Shown one piece after another: positions 1 to 11,300 of a stretch of 64,000 nucleotides of DNA. The notes under the pieces were generated by a model. That model was not told the DNA's origin, ran no database searches, and was given only the letters and a program-made list of their open reading frames with translations. The stretch comes from Candidatus Latescibacterota bacterium (lineage in GTDB: Bacteria > Latescibacterota > UBA2968): contig OZ240241.1 of assembly GCA_965198115.1 (NCBI GenBank), positions 7,520,001 through 7,584,000 on the forward strand, given 5' to 3'. The position numbers and the translations under genes were made by a program. The stretch's first letter is position 1, and the number at the start of each line of letters is the position of its first letter.

Positions 1-355
1 TTCATTGTATTCTCGGGGGTCGATGTTGAGGCCCCCATTTGGATCCACCGAAGGGCACGTCGACGATGGCACACTTATAGGACATGAGTGCGGCGAGCGC
101 TTCGACGTCTTCCTGATCGACCGAGGGCGCAAACCGGATTCCTCCCTTGACCGGGAGACGGTGCTCGCTGTGGACGGCCCGCCAACCGGTGAAGATTCGG
201 TAGCGGTCGCGGAATTTGACGAAGAAGCGGACCTGGTAGACGTTGTTGTTCGCCTTGATCTGATCTCCCAACCCGGGCGGCAGATCGAGCGTTGCCGCCG
301 CCTGGTCGAACATGAGGTCGACACTTTCTTTGAAGCTGTGTTCTCTTTTTGCCAT
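1..355 (-). CDS. gdhA: Glu/Leu/Phe/Val (glutamate) dehydrogenase, 5' part; runs off window
   Basis: MAKREHSF start at 355; motifs GWRAVH, KGGIRF, MSYKCA, PFGGSK; removing one T near 38 restores GSKGGLNIDP. Confidence 0.85.
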
Positions 356-436
356 CGTCTCCTCGGTATAGTGTGTGAAGGGCCGATATGGGATAGCACA
401 GGCACCTTCGAATGTCAAGCTTGCGAATCGCTACGG

Positions 437-850
437 CTACAGTCTGTAGAGCATTAGATAGATGACAACGCCGCTCACGCACACGAAGATCCAGGAAGGC
501 CAGACCCATCTCGCGAGTGCCCGATGGCGTTCGAAATCGCCTCGCCACGCTCGTCGCACGATCACGAGGATAAACGGAACGTTGACGGCGGCGAGGATGA
601 CGTGGGGGATCAGGATGGCGAAGTAGACGGGCCGGGTCCAATCGTGATGGGGGTAGGGAACCGAGCCGACCTGCGAGTGGTAAATCAGGTAGGATATCAA
701 GAAAAGGATCGAAGCGGCAAGAGCCCCAATCATCCACTTTCGGTGACGTTCCCGATCGCCGCGTCGGATCTCCCGGTAGCCCATGATCAGAAGAAACGCG
801 CTCAGGGCGTTCAATGCCGCGTTCAGCGTGGGTAAGTTCGATGCGTTCAC
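437..850 (-). CDS. DUF420 family membrane protein
   Basis: LPTLNAALN...HRKWM...FLISYLIYH...HRALARW, four hydrophobic segments. Confidence 0.85.
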   Translation of the reverse strand: MNASNLPTLNAALNALSAFLLIMGYREIRRGDRERHRKWMIGALAASILFLISYLIYHSQVGSVPYPHHDWTRPVYFAILIPHVILAAVNVPFILVIVRRAWRGDFERHRALARWVWPSWIFVCVSGVVIYLMLYRL

Positions 851-1012
851 AGATTCAGGATCAGCAGGCCTTAAGGTTAGGTTATGTAAAAACAGGATGT
901 TATATGCGAGTTATCAGCAGACGATTTTGTTGCACCTCGGGTTGAGGAGGTTCTGTTCATCCGGTTTTCCTGAACACCGAACGCTGAACACCCGTCCTCA
1001 GGAGCTTCGACC

Positions 1013-1153
1013 TAGAGGATCCGACACGAACACACCAAACGACGGCCATCCCGCAAGAAGGGTGGATGGTAACCAAGATCCCTGTTCCGGGCAACGGAGT
1101 CGCGACAGAGACCGATCTCCTGTATCGACCGTGTTGGTGAACCGATCCTAACC
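1013..1153 (-). ncRNA. Candidate structured RNA, 6S-like rod
   Basis: Nested pairings AGGATC/GATCCT, CACCAA/TTGGTG, ACGG/CCGT; internal CCATCC/GGATGG hairpin; TATAAT on minus strand at 1165-1160. Confidence 0.45.
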
Positions 1154-1188
1154 TTCTATATTATAGGATGTTCAGTCGATTGGGTGCG

Positions 1189-1217
1189 TTGACATTGTAA
1201 CTGGTTTAGCCTAAAGT
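1189..1217 (+). promoter_or_regulatory. sigma70-type promoter
   Basis: TTGACA-17 nt-TAAAGT upstream of the 1232 ORF. Confidence 0.65.
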
Positions 1218-1231
1218 TCGGAGACAGAGGA

Positions 1232-1435
1232 ATGGCGGAAGAGTCTGGTGCCTGGATGACACCGAATGAGGTTGGCGAGCGTCTTGGACGACGGAAGGCC
1301 AAGGACGTTTTCGACGATCTGATTTACAACCGCAAGACCCATCGGGAACTGCTCGATTTTGTGATGGAGTCTTCAGGCTGTAACGAGTACTCGGCTGAGG
1401 ATTACTTGCGGGAAATCGTCAAGCCGGACGCGTAG
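1232..1435 (+). CDS. Small hypothetical protein (67 aa)
   Basis: Purine-rich RBS, own promoter and downstream terminator. Confidence 0.7.
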   Translation: MAEESGAWMTPNEVGERLGRRKAKDVFDDLIYNRKTHRELLDFVMESSGCNEYSAEDYLREIVKPDA

Positions 1436-1486
1436 TCGAGACCGGTATCCGGTCGAATGGACCGGCAAATCCTTCCTGAAAATAGG

Positions 1487-1529
1487 GTCGTGGGTCGTGA
1501 GGGCGCCGATGCCCATCGACCCCTTTTTA
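1487..1529 (+). terminator. Intrinsic terminator
   Basis: GGGTCG-TGGG...CCCA-TCGACCC followed by a T run. Confidence 0.6.
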
Positions 1530-1793
1530 TTTCGAAAGAATCGATACGAGACGCCCGCATCTTGGGGTGCCACGGGTATAGCCGCAATAAATGGTAGCGT
1601 TAGCCAACCTGTCGGTGAGTCGGGGTCGTGGCGGACGTGGAATCAGAGAATCGGGTCCTGGGCGTCGGAGGGACTGGCCTTCCCTTTGCTTCTTAGTGGC
1701 AGGAATCGCACGCCAGCGCTTTCCGGCGGCATCCCCCGACCGGGATCGCTGATTTGATACCTAGGTCTCTCTGACCTGAACTTCGGAGATGGC

Positions 1794-2875
1794 ATGAAGA
1801 CATTCATTCACACACTCTGCCTCGCTATGTGTCTGCTTTTGGCCAGTTCGACACTCGCTCTGGCCGGCCAGGCCAAGGTCCTTTCCTCGGATGACAGCAA
1901 CATCAAGATCGGCGCTGGCGTCGATCGTGGCGTTCGTGTCGGGATGCTGGCCGAAATCTATCGTCAGGCCGCGCCGTTGATCCATCCTGTGACGGGCGAA
2001 AATCTCGGCAGCCCGAAGGTCAAGATCGCCCGAATCGAGATCACGTCGGTCGGCGCTGTGTCGTCCGAAGGGCGGTTCGTCGAGAACTACGCCCCCGTCG
2101 AGGCTGGCGATGTCGTCGAATCGATCGAGGTGGCGCCGACGGAAGAGGATCAGATCCGTGCGTCGATCGCCGTGACGCAGGCTCGGTTCAAGGAAATCGC
2201 GGACGGGCTTGCCCAGGAGATCACGTCGAACAAGAAGGCCATCACCGATCTACGCGCGACCCTTCGACGGATCGGAAGCTCCGAGCACCGGCTCCGCGCA
2301 ATCGCGAACGACGTTGCCAACATGCGCGAGCGGATGGTGACGATCGAAAGCCGCATTGTCGAGCTCGAAGACAATCAGGTCGCTATGATCATGCAGGACT
2401 CCGCCGAAGCTACATCCATGGTGGAGGATATGACGGAACTACGAGTGTTGCGTCGCGACGAGACCGAGGAGATCCATCTTCTGATCGGAGACCGGACGTA
2501 TCGTCTGTCGTTCGAGGACAACGCGCTGACCGAATGCCCGGAGAGATGGGCGAAGGAATGGAAGGTGTGGACGATCTGTTGAGTCCCATGCCAGAGGAGG
2601 AGGAAGAGACACCCTGGTACATTGCTTACTGGTGGGTTGGACTCGTGATCGGTGTTCTTGGCGCCGCGGCTGTGATCGCGCTGCGGTTCTTCAAGCGGTC
2701 TGAGCCCGCTGCCGAGGAGGCCGGGGGCGAAGAAGACGAAGGTGAGGGTGCACTGGAGGCCGCCGACGGCGGATTCCCCGAAGCCGAGGTCGAGGTAGAT
2801 GAGGACGAAGTCGAAGACTTCAACGAGGAAATCCCCGAGCCCGAAGATCTGGAACCCGCGGAGACGGAAGAGTAA
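1794..2875 (+). CDS. Exported, membrane-anchored protein: FlgT-C-like domain, coiled coil, TM helix, acidic tail (frameshift near 2535)
   Basis: Signal peptide, IHPVTGENLG motif, heptad-like region; 2534..2875 ORF supplies TM and E/D-rich tail. Confidence 0.6.
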
Positions 2876-2877
2876 CC

Positions 2878-4224
2878 ATGACAAGGATACTACGTTTCGC
2901 CACGGTTGTCCTGACGTTGTGCATTCTGGTGAGCCTTCCAGCCAATGCACAAGATAGAAGGGGTTATGTCCTTCGCGCCGAAGGCCGGCTGGTCTTTATC
3001 GATCTGGGTGTTCAGGACGAGGTGATTCCGAACGACCTGTTCAGCATGGTTCGTCAGGAGTCGATCATCCATCCGGTGACCGGTGAGAATCTCGGAGGCG
3101 AAGTGCACATGGGCATGGTTCGCGTCGTCGAGATTTTCAACCGCTATTCGACGGCCGAGATCCTGAATCTTTCGCCCGGCATCGACCTGAGAGTTCTGGA
3201 CAGCGAAGCCAAGCAGGGTCTCATCCGCGTCAAATCGCTTTCCGCCGAGGAGGAGATGAATGCGCAGAAAGTGATGATGCGGCCGACGACGGAAAACCCC
3301 GATGGTCCCATCAAGGGAGTCATCCCCCAGATTCAGTTAGGTGGGGGGAGCAAGGTTCAGACGAACCTGCCCGAATCCGTGTTTGCTCTCGTCAACGATG
3401 CAAGTCTGCTGGCTCAGGCAGCCAGCCCCGACACGGTCCTGGAAAACCCCAATAGTTCGATCATCATTGCTCTGGGTGCGCACTATCCACTATCGAATCG
3501 CGCCTCGCTCATCGGTGACTTGTCGGTCGGGGCCCGATCGAAGCTCGCAATCGGCGCGAAAGTCTTCACGGGCTCGTGGTTCGGGTCCGGACGGCCGACA
3601 CCCGACGGGCGCATCGGCGAACCCGTCCTACGACTGACGGTCGGATTGGGGGGCAAGGGCAGCAGCAGCCTGCCGTTGAGCGCCACGAGTCGTCTGATTG
3701 CAGATCCTGCGCTCGTCGCGCCCGACACCTTCAGCATCGTGATCGGGGACTCCACGCTCATCAGGAGCAATCCCGATCTGACGCCGGAAGCCGTGGCGCA
3801 GGTCGATTCGACCTATCGGGCAGTGGTAACCGACAGCTTGAGGACGCTTGCCGCGGACTCGCTTTCGGCGATCGCCAAACGCGGTCTGGGAATCGGGATC
3901 GGCGTGGATCTGCCCGTAACGAGCAAAATCAAGGTGAACCTGGGTCTGGAGCGCTTTGGGAGTATCGAGGAGTACACCGTCGGTCTGACTTACTACGTGC
4001 GCCCGCTCTCGTCGAAGGCGATGACGAATCCCGACGGGGTGCTGCGATCGTTCATCTTCGGCGCGCAGGGGGTGTTCGACACGGAATACGACAAGACGTA
4101 TCTGGACCTGAACGTGACCTATCCGTTGACACCTATGTATACGGTTTCCGGGGGGTTTACGAGCAATTTTGGAGGATTCAGCCACTTCGGGCTGACGGTT
4201 CGGGGCTATATCGACCGAATGTGA
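2878..4224 (+). CDS. Exported protein, FlgT-C-like N-domain plus probable outer-membrane beta-strands
   Basis: Signal peptide (ANA-Q), IHPVTGENLG motif, amphipathic beta pattern at the C-terminus. Confidence 0.6.
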   Translation: MTRILRFATVVLTLCILVSLPANAQDRRGYVLRAEGRLVFIDLGVQDEVIPNDLFSMVRQESIIHPVTGENLGGEVHMGMVRVVEIFNRYSTAEILNLSPGIDLRVLDSEAKQGLIRVKSLSAEEEMNAQKVMMRPTTENPDGPIKGVIPQIQLGGGSKVQTNLPESVFALVNDASLLAQAASPDTVLENPNSSIIIALGAHYPLSNRASLIGDLSVGARSKLAIGAKVFTGSWFGSGRPTPDGRIGEPVLRLTVGLGGKGSSSLPLSATSRLIADPALVAPDTFSIVIGDSTLIRSNPDLTPEAVAQVDSTYRAVVTDSLRTLAADSLSAIAKRGLGIGIGVDLPVTSKIKVNLGLERFGSIEEYTVGLTYYVRPLSSKAMTNPDGVLRSFIFGAQGVFDTEYDKTYLDLNVTYPLTPMYTVSGGFTSNFGGFSHFGLTVRGYIDRM

Positions 4225-4316
4225 CCCTCCCTTTAGCAGACGACATTGCCGAATGCGGGATGCGGGCTTCCTGAGCCCGAGTCCCGCGTTTTGGCTTTTT
4301 GGGCTGGAGAGATGCC

Positions 4317-6134
4317 ATGCGTAAGGGTGTGGCGGTGCTGGACTTCGGTGGGCAATACGCTCATCTCATCGCGAATCGAATCAGGCGTCTGCAAGTTTAT
4401 TCTGAAATTTTCCCGCCGACAGCCGATCCATCAGAAATAGGGGGCGCTTGCGGCATCATCTATTCAGGGGGCCCGGGCAGCGTCTATGATGACGATCAGC
4501 CCGATTTCAACGAGGCTCTCCTGTCGCTCACGCTTCCGGTACTCGGGCTCTGTTACGGGCATCAGCTTATCTGTCAGCGGCTCGGCGGAAACGTCGTGGC
4601 CGGCTCGATCCGCGAATACGGCACGGCCTCCCTCGAGATCGAGCGTCGGGACCACGTGTTCTCGGGTCTGGACGTGATCGAGACCGTGTGGATGAGTCAC
4701 GGCGACACGGTGGAGCGTCTGCCGGGCGGCTTCGTGACGTATGGGCGCACGCCGGACTGTCCGGCCGCGGCGGTGGGTGACCCGGAGCGCCGGATCTTCG
4801 GATTCCAGTTCCACCCGGAGGTCGCGCACACTCCGTCGGGGATGACCATGTTGGATAATTTTCTGACGGTCTGCGACGCCCCCCGGAACTGGACGATGGA
4901 CAACTACGCGGAGGAAGTCGCGTCCGACATCCGCCGGACCGCAGGCGATCGCAACGCGTTTCTGCTCGTTTCGGGCGGTGTGGATTCGACGGTGGCCTTT
5001 GTTCTGTTCAACCGGGCGTTGGGGCCCGAGCGCGTGCTGGGACTTCACATCGACAACGGGTTCATGCGAAAGGGCGAGACGGCCGACGTGGCGTCTTACA
5101 TGAAAGCCCACGGGTTCGAAAATCTGACGATCGAGGATGCGAGCGAGGACTTTTTGCTGAACGTGGAGGGCATCGTCGAACCGGAAGCCAAGCGCAAGGC
5201 GATCGGCCAGACCTTTCTGGACGTGAAGGATCGCGTTCTGGACAGTCTGTCCCTGGATCCCGATGCGTGGGTGCTCGGACAGGGTACGCTCTACCCCGAT
5301 ACGATCGAATCGGGGGGGACCGAGAACGCGGCGCTGATCAAGACGCATCACAATCGGATCGACGTGATCGAAGAGATGATCGCAGAAGGGAAGGTCATCG
5401 AACCGCTCGCCCAGCTTTACAAGGACGAGGTGCGGGACCTGGGGACGACCCTGGGTCTGCCCGATTCGTTAGTCTGGCGGCAGCCGTTTCCAGGCCCCGG
5501 ACTGGCGGTGCGATGTCTGTGTTCGCAGGGTGAAGACGGCGAGGACCTTTCCGACGTTGATAGGACTGTGGCCGCCATCGTAGCCGAGGTTGGGCTCTCG
5601 TCGAAGGTGCTGCCGCTCCAGAGCGTCGGCGTGCAAGGCGATTTCCGGACTTACGCGCACCCGGCGATGGTGTGGGGAGACACCGATTGGGCAACGCTCG
5701 AAGTCGTTTCGACGCGTGTGACGAACGAAGTTCGTGGGGTGAATCGTGTGATCTACCTCATCGTCCCCGATACACCGCCCGACCTACGTTTGAAGCGGTC
5801 GTTTCTGTCCCGGGAGCGCTTGGACGTACTCCGCGAAGCCGACGCCATCGCGATGCAGGCCATCGCGGATGCCGGATTGGACGGTCGGGCGGACGATCAC
5901 CCTGGTGCTGTTTCGCAGATGCCGACGGTGTTGTTGCCCCTTACGGCGGACGGTCAGAGCGAGACCGTCGTACTGCGGCCAGTGACGACGCCGGATTTCA
6001 TGACGGCGCGTTTTGCAGAATTGCCGCGTGAGCTGCTACTAAAAATGGGTGAGAGTATCCTGTCGTTGCCCGGCATCGGTGCCGTGCTCTTCGACGTGAC
6101 ACACAAGCCACCCGGCACGGTCGAGTGGGAATGA
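4317..6134 (+). CDS. guaA: GMP synthase (glutamine-hydrolysing)
   Basis: LDFGGQY, GLCYGHQ, QFHPEV, SGGVDS, IKTHHN, PFPGPGL, KPPGTVEWE. Confidence 0.97.
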   Translation: MRKGVAVLDFGGQYAHLIANRIRRLQVYSEIFPPTADPSEIGGACGIIYSGGPGSVYDDDQPDFNEALLSLTLPVLGLCYGHQLICQRLGGNVVAGSIREYGTASLEIERRDHVFSGLDVIETVWMSHGDTVERLPGGFVTYGRTPDCPAAAVGDPERRIFGFQFHPEVAHTPSGMTMLDNFLTVCDAPRNWTMDNYAEEVASDIRRTAGDRNAFLLVSGGVDSTVAFVLFNRALGPERVLGLHIDNGFMRKGETADVASYMKAHGFENLTIEDASEDFLLNVEGIVEPEAKRKAIGQTFLDVKDRVLDSLSLDPDAWVLGQGTLYPDTIESGGTENAALIKTHHNRIDVIEEMIAEGKVIEPLAQLYKDEVRDLGTTLGLPDSLVWRQPFPGPGLAVRCLCSQGEDGEDLSDVDRTVAAIVAEVGLSSKVLPLQSVGVQGDFRTYAHPAMVWGDTDWATLEVVSTRVTNEVRGVNRVIYLIVPDTPPDLRLKRSFLSRERLDVLREADAIAMQAIADAGLDGRADDHPGAVSQMPTVLLPLTADGQSETVVLRPVTTPDFMTARFAELPRELLLKMGESILSLPGIGAVLFDVTHKPPGTVEWE

Positions 6135-6149
6135 GATGGGACCACGGTT

Positions 6150-8378
6150 GTGAGATTCCTGATGGTCGGGCTGTTCAGCCTCCTCGGGGCGCAGGATGCC
6201 CAGGGTGCCCCCCTCCTCACCTTTTCGGTGAGCCGGGCGTCGTTCGATACCGTGGCCGTCTTCGATTCGGCCGAGCAGGTCGTAGAAGTGGTCAACGCGG
6301 GTGATGAAACGCTGACGGTCACAGACATTCTGTCGGCCGATTCGGTGAGCGCCTTTAGCGCGACGCCGACGAGTTTTTCGGTCGGTGTCGGAGACAGCCA
6401 GTCTGTCACGCTGACGTTCGCCCCTGCGTGGGGCGGCTCACACGTGGATGCGTTGTTGTTCTCTACCGACGGGGAGGTGCCGGGTGGAGGGCTGAGCGCG
6501 CTCCTGGCAGAAGGGACGGCGCAGGGGCCGGGGCTGCAGGCGCAGACGGCCGAATTGTCGTTCGAGTCGCTCGAACTGGGTGTCGCCAAGGTGGCTTCCG
6601 TGATTTTGACGAACACGGGGAACGCGACGCTGACGGTCTCGGATGTGCTGGCGGACGATGCACGATTCAGCGTGGCGACGACCCAGCTGACCCTGGCGCC
6701 CTCGGCGGCATCGACGGTCGAGGTGACCTACACGCCGACGGGATCGTCTCCCGTTTCGGACAGTTTGAGAATCGAAAGTGACGATCCGGGCGCGCCGGTT
6801 GTTGCCCTGTCGCTCAAGACGGAGGAGACGCCCGTCAACGCGGCGAACGCCCGAGTCGCCCTGGCTTTGGTCGAGGGGTCGACGACACCGGTCGTCGGCG
6901 ATACGCTGAGCATCCATCTGACGCTGAGTGCGAATGGCGATACGCTTAGCGGGGCGGAGGTCTTTCTGCGTTACGATGCGACCGCGCTGGTGCCGGCGGA
7001 CCCCGTCGTGCCGGCGCAGGGTGCCGGTTTTACCCAGGGCCTCGAGTTTTTGATCAACCGGATCGAGGGGAGCGGGACCGAGGGCGTCGTTCACTTCTCG
7101 GCCGCTTTCAACAAGAGCAAGACGACGACGGACACGCTGGCGACGGTGACGTTCGTCGTAGAGAATCCGCTCGAGGACGTTCGCACGATAAGGTTGTTGA
7201 CGGATGCACCGTTGCTGAACTCGCAGTTCAGCCGACCCGACGGTCTTTCTCGCACGCTGCCGGGTGTGAATCGCATCCAGATCGGCAACGCACCGCCCCA
7301 GATTTCGCCGTTTCCGATCGTCGGGGCCGACGAGGACGATTCGGGTAGCATCGGTCTGAACGGGCTGGTCGTGGATCTGGAGACCTCCGACGCGGATCTG
7401 ACCTGGAGTTTCGATGACATCGATGGACTGGGTCTGGTGTCGTCGGTTTCGACGCCCAGTCCGCAGACCGGGCAGGTCGGGAGGATCTTTCCGCCAGCAG
7501 ATGGGTTCGGCGTTTTCCGCATCCAGGCGACGGTGGTCGATGCGTCAGGGGCTGCAGACTCAGTCGTGGCGCTGCTGGATGTGACACCGATGAACGATCC
7601 CCCGTCCGAGCTCGTCTATTCCGCACCGGCTGACAGCAGTCGTGACCTCGGCACGCCGATCGAGTTTCGATGGGTGGGGAGCGATCCGGAGGGTGATACG
7701 TTGACCTACGAGTTCCGGTTTGGACCGGATTCAGACAACCTGATCGTTTCGGGAGCGGGTCTGACGGCGCCGGAGTTCGTGGTGGTGCAGCCCTCGCCCG
7801 GGGCGACGCTATTCTGGCAGGTCGTCGCGCGAGATTCCGATGGCCTGACTCGCGACGGCCCGATCTACGAATTGACGTTTGCCGAAGACCAGACACCGCC
7901 CGCCTTCATGGCGGAGCCAGTCGTTGGGACGATCACGTCGATTTCGGTGAGAATCGTGTGGCAGACGACCGAAGTAGCCGATGCCCGTGTTCGATTGGGG
8001 ACGTTACCCGATCTTTCCGATTCCACGTCCTTCGAAGAGGTCGTGGATGACGGGCACGCGCTGACGCAAGATATCCTGATCGACGGACTGGACGCGACTT
8101 TCACCTACTACTATCGCGTCGTGATCGCCGATGTCTTCGGCAACAGGTACGCGGGCGACGTCGGCACGTTCACGACGGCAGATGTCAACGCAGGAGACCT
8201 CGACGGCGACGGCGAGGTGGGGTTTCAGGACACGCTGCAGTTTGCCGCGTCGTTCGGGCTGTCGGCTTCGGATGCGGACTTCGATCCCCGAGCGGATCTG
8301 ACTGGGGATGGCGTCGTCAACTTCACGGATTTCCTGAGCTTTGCGAACCTTTTTGGAACGGTCTATCCCTCGGATTAG
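6150..8378 (+). CDS. Secreted protein: two choice-of-anchor D Ig domains, cohesin, cadherin/FN3-like domains, C-terminal dockerin
   Basis: NAGDETLTV and NTGNATLTVS repeats; GAEVFLRYD; GDLDGDGEVGFQD...ADLTGDGVVNFTDF. Confidence 0.8.
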   Translation: MRFLMVGLFSLLGAQDAQGAPLLTFSVSRASFDTVAVFDSAEQVVEVVNAGDETLTVTDILSADSVSAFSATPTSFSVGVGDSQSVTLTFAPAWGGSHVDALLFSTDGEVPGGGLSALLAEGTAQGPGLQAQTAELSFESLELGVAKVASVILTNTGNATLTVSDVLADDARFSVATTQLTLAPSAASTVEVTYTPTGSSPVSDSLRIESDDPGAPVVALSLKTEETPVNAANARVALALVEGSTTPVVGDTLSIHLTLSANGDTLSGAEVFLRYDATALVPADPVVPAQGAGFTQGLEFLINRIEGSGTEGVVHFSAAFNKSKTTTDTLATVTFVVENPLEDVRTIRLLTDAPLLNSQFSRPDGLSRTLPGVNRIQIGNAPPQISPFPIVGADEDDSGSIGLNGLVVDLETSDADLTWSFDDIDGLGLVSSVSTPSPQTGQVGRIFPPADGFGVFRIQATVVDASGAADSVVALLDVTPMNDPPSELVYSAPADSSRDLGTPIEFRWVGSDPEGDTLTYEFRFGPDSDNLIVSGAGLTAPEFVVVQPSPGATLFWQVVARDSDGLTRDGPIYELTFAEDQTPPAFMAEPVVGTITSISVRIVWQTTEVADARVRLGTLPDLSDSTSFEEVVDDGHALTQDILIDGLDATFTYYYRVVIADVFGNRYAGDVGTFTTADVNAGDLDGDGEVGFQDTLQFAASFGLSASDADFDPRADLTGDGVVNFTDFLSFANLFGTVYPSD

Positions 8379-8384
8379 ATACGG

Positions 8385-11300
8385 ATGATGATGCGTCTCC
8401 TATACATCACCGCGATGGTCGGGTTGCTTTCGTCGCCCGCACGCGGCCAGATCGATTCAGCCAACGTCTGGGTGACTACGGCGCTGGCCGGCGGCCCCCA
8501 TACGGTGCAGACGATCGTGGTCGATCCCGAACGGACCGATACGGTCTACACGGGCACGCAGCCGGGGTCCATCTACCAGAGCTTGGATCGTAGCGCGACG
8601 TGGGCGGAGATGGCGGCTGCGGCCGGAACGATTGGCGAGGGGGTCCTCTCGATCGCGTTCAACCCGCTGAATTCACAGGTGCTCTACGCCGGCGGCGACA
8701 TGAGCGGGCTTTTCCGATCGACTGATCGAGGAGCGAGTTGGACGCTGACGTCCCTGGCGATTCCACCGCTCCCAACATTCCAGACGAACGAGATCGTCGT
8801 CGACGCTTCGGACACGAGCCGCATCTACGCGGGGACTTCGGCTGGTCTGTGGATTTCGGTTGACGACGGGGGAAACTGGGCGACGACGACCGCGATCGAT
8901 ACGATCAACGGCATCAGCATCGGAGCTCTGGCCGTAATCCCGCAGACGCCGGACACGATTCTGGTCGCGTCGACGGGGTCTGCGGGTGTTTTTCGGAGCC
9001 TCGACCAGTCCGGTTCCTGGGCGCCGGCCAACACGGGCATTACGGACACGGATGTGCGGGGAATGATCGTAAGCTCTGCGGTGACGGGTCTGGTGGTCGT
9101 CGCGACGGATGGCGGTGGAATCTTCCGATCGCTCGATGCAGGCGGCTCGTGGACGGCCGCCAACACGGGAATCGGGAATCTGAATCTCGCGTCCGTAGCG
9201 ATTTCGCCGTCCAATCCGACCGTTATGTATGCGGGCTCCCAGACGGGCGAGGTCTACGAATCGACCGACAGCGGGGTAACCTGGAACGACATCACCTTCG
9301 CTCTGGCAAACGCCAATCCCGTCAACACGATCGCGCGGTGCATCCCGACAGCGCGAACATCGTCTACATCGGTATCGACGACGTCTATCGTGTTCGCCAG
9401 GCAGGATTGGATTCGATCTCTTTCCTGACGACGAACACGCAGATTTCGGTTCTCCACGGCGCTGACCTCAACGCGGACGGCGAGGGCGACTTGATCGCGG
9501 GCAACGCGGGTACGCAGTCGGTGACGATCCTGATGAACGGATCGGCGGGGGCCACGTTCGTCCAGCAGCTCCTTTCGACCGGGTCCGAGCCGACGTCGAT
9601 CGCCACGGCGGATCTGGACGGCGACAGCGATCTCGACCTGGTCGTTGGCCACCGGATTCAGCAGACCGTCGCCGTACTATTCAACGATAGTACGGGTGTG
9701 TTTTCGGCTCCGACCGAGCTGTTCGTGGGTGCGGCGGTCACGCACGTGGCCCTCGGGGACTTCGACACGGACGGCGACATCGATCTCGCGGTGACGGACG
9801 ACGGGTCGAACGTCTTCGTCTACAAGAACGACGGGATTGGCAGTTTTGGGGCTCCACAGACGACCGTCGGCGTCGTGTCGCCGTCGGGCCTTCGTGCCGA
9901 CGACTTCAGCGGCGACGGGATCGACGATCTGTTGCTGATCAGCGGTTCCTCCAGTACGGCTCGGCTCCACCGCAACCAGGGCAACGCGAACTTCACATCC
10001 GACGCGGATGTCGATCTACCGTCCAACCCGCAGGCGCTGACGATCCATCGATGGCGACGTGGATTTCGCCGTCGCGCTCGGAGACGCGTCGATCCTCGTG
10101 TATGACAACCTGGGAACCGGTTCGTTCGGCGATTCTCTCGTTTACGCCAGAGCGGACACGATGACCTCGTTGCGGTCCGTGGACCTGGATCAGGATGGCT
10201 ATCTCGATCTGTTGGCTCCCTCGGGAAGCGGGAGCGTCGACGTGCTCGTGAACGATGCGAACGGTTCGTTCGACTCGGTGCGGGTGGTCGGAACCCAGAC
10301 CGGCATCGGTGTCGGTGTGGCGTCGGATCTGACGGGGAACGGTGTTCCTGACTTTGCGCTCGCGCAGCCGCCCGACAGCAGGGTGGTGATGTTCGCCAAC
10401 ACCTTCCCACAGGACATCAAAGACCCCGCGCCCCCGCGCGATCTCGCCGCGGCCGACACACAGGGCGACCTGGGTGGACGCCTGACGCTGACGTGGCACC
10501 GGCCGAACGTGGACGAGACGACCGGGCGCATCACGCGCTACCGCGTGTATCGGGCGACGGCCGAGGCGGGGCCCTACACGCTGTTCGCGACGCTCGACAC
10601 GACGGCCACGAACGAGCGGGACAGCACCTTCGTCAACCGGACGTTCGTCGACACGACGGCTACGGTGGGCACGGGCTTTTACTACTACGTGCTGTCGGAG
10701 AACGGGGCCGCCACGCTGTCCGCTTCGTCGGACACGGTGACGTCTATGTCCATGGCGTAGCCGTTCTTCGATTTCCAGTTCGAGGGAAACAGTCCCTTCC
10801 ACATTCAGGACACGGTGTCGGTGACGGTCAGACTGAATCCGATCGGGATGGACCTGTCGAGTCTCTCGCTGTTCATCGACTACGACACACGCGCGTTCCT
10901 GATGATCGATGGAGATACGACCGAAACGGGAATTCAACCGTTCACGGTCGACTCCCTTCTCGCAGCACAGGCGAGCATTCTACAGAACAAGGTCGATACG
11001 TCCTCAACGAGCGGCACGGGCAAGGCAGATCTCGGAATCGTCTTCCTGCCGACGCTGCCCGATGAGCCGGTCCCGGTTGGGACGCTCCGCGTGGTTGCGC
11101 TTCGGGATACGACGACCCGAATCCGCGTGGTCAACGACACGACGACGGTTCGCCAGTCGGCCTTCACGAGCAACCCGGACGGCGCCCTCGTGCTGCCCTT
11201 CATCGCGCCGGCGAGTTCGATTATTTTGCGAAACCACAAGGTCCGAGGCACGGTCAGCTTCCAGGGCCGAACGGAAGCGCTGAACATCGACGCCCGATTC

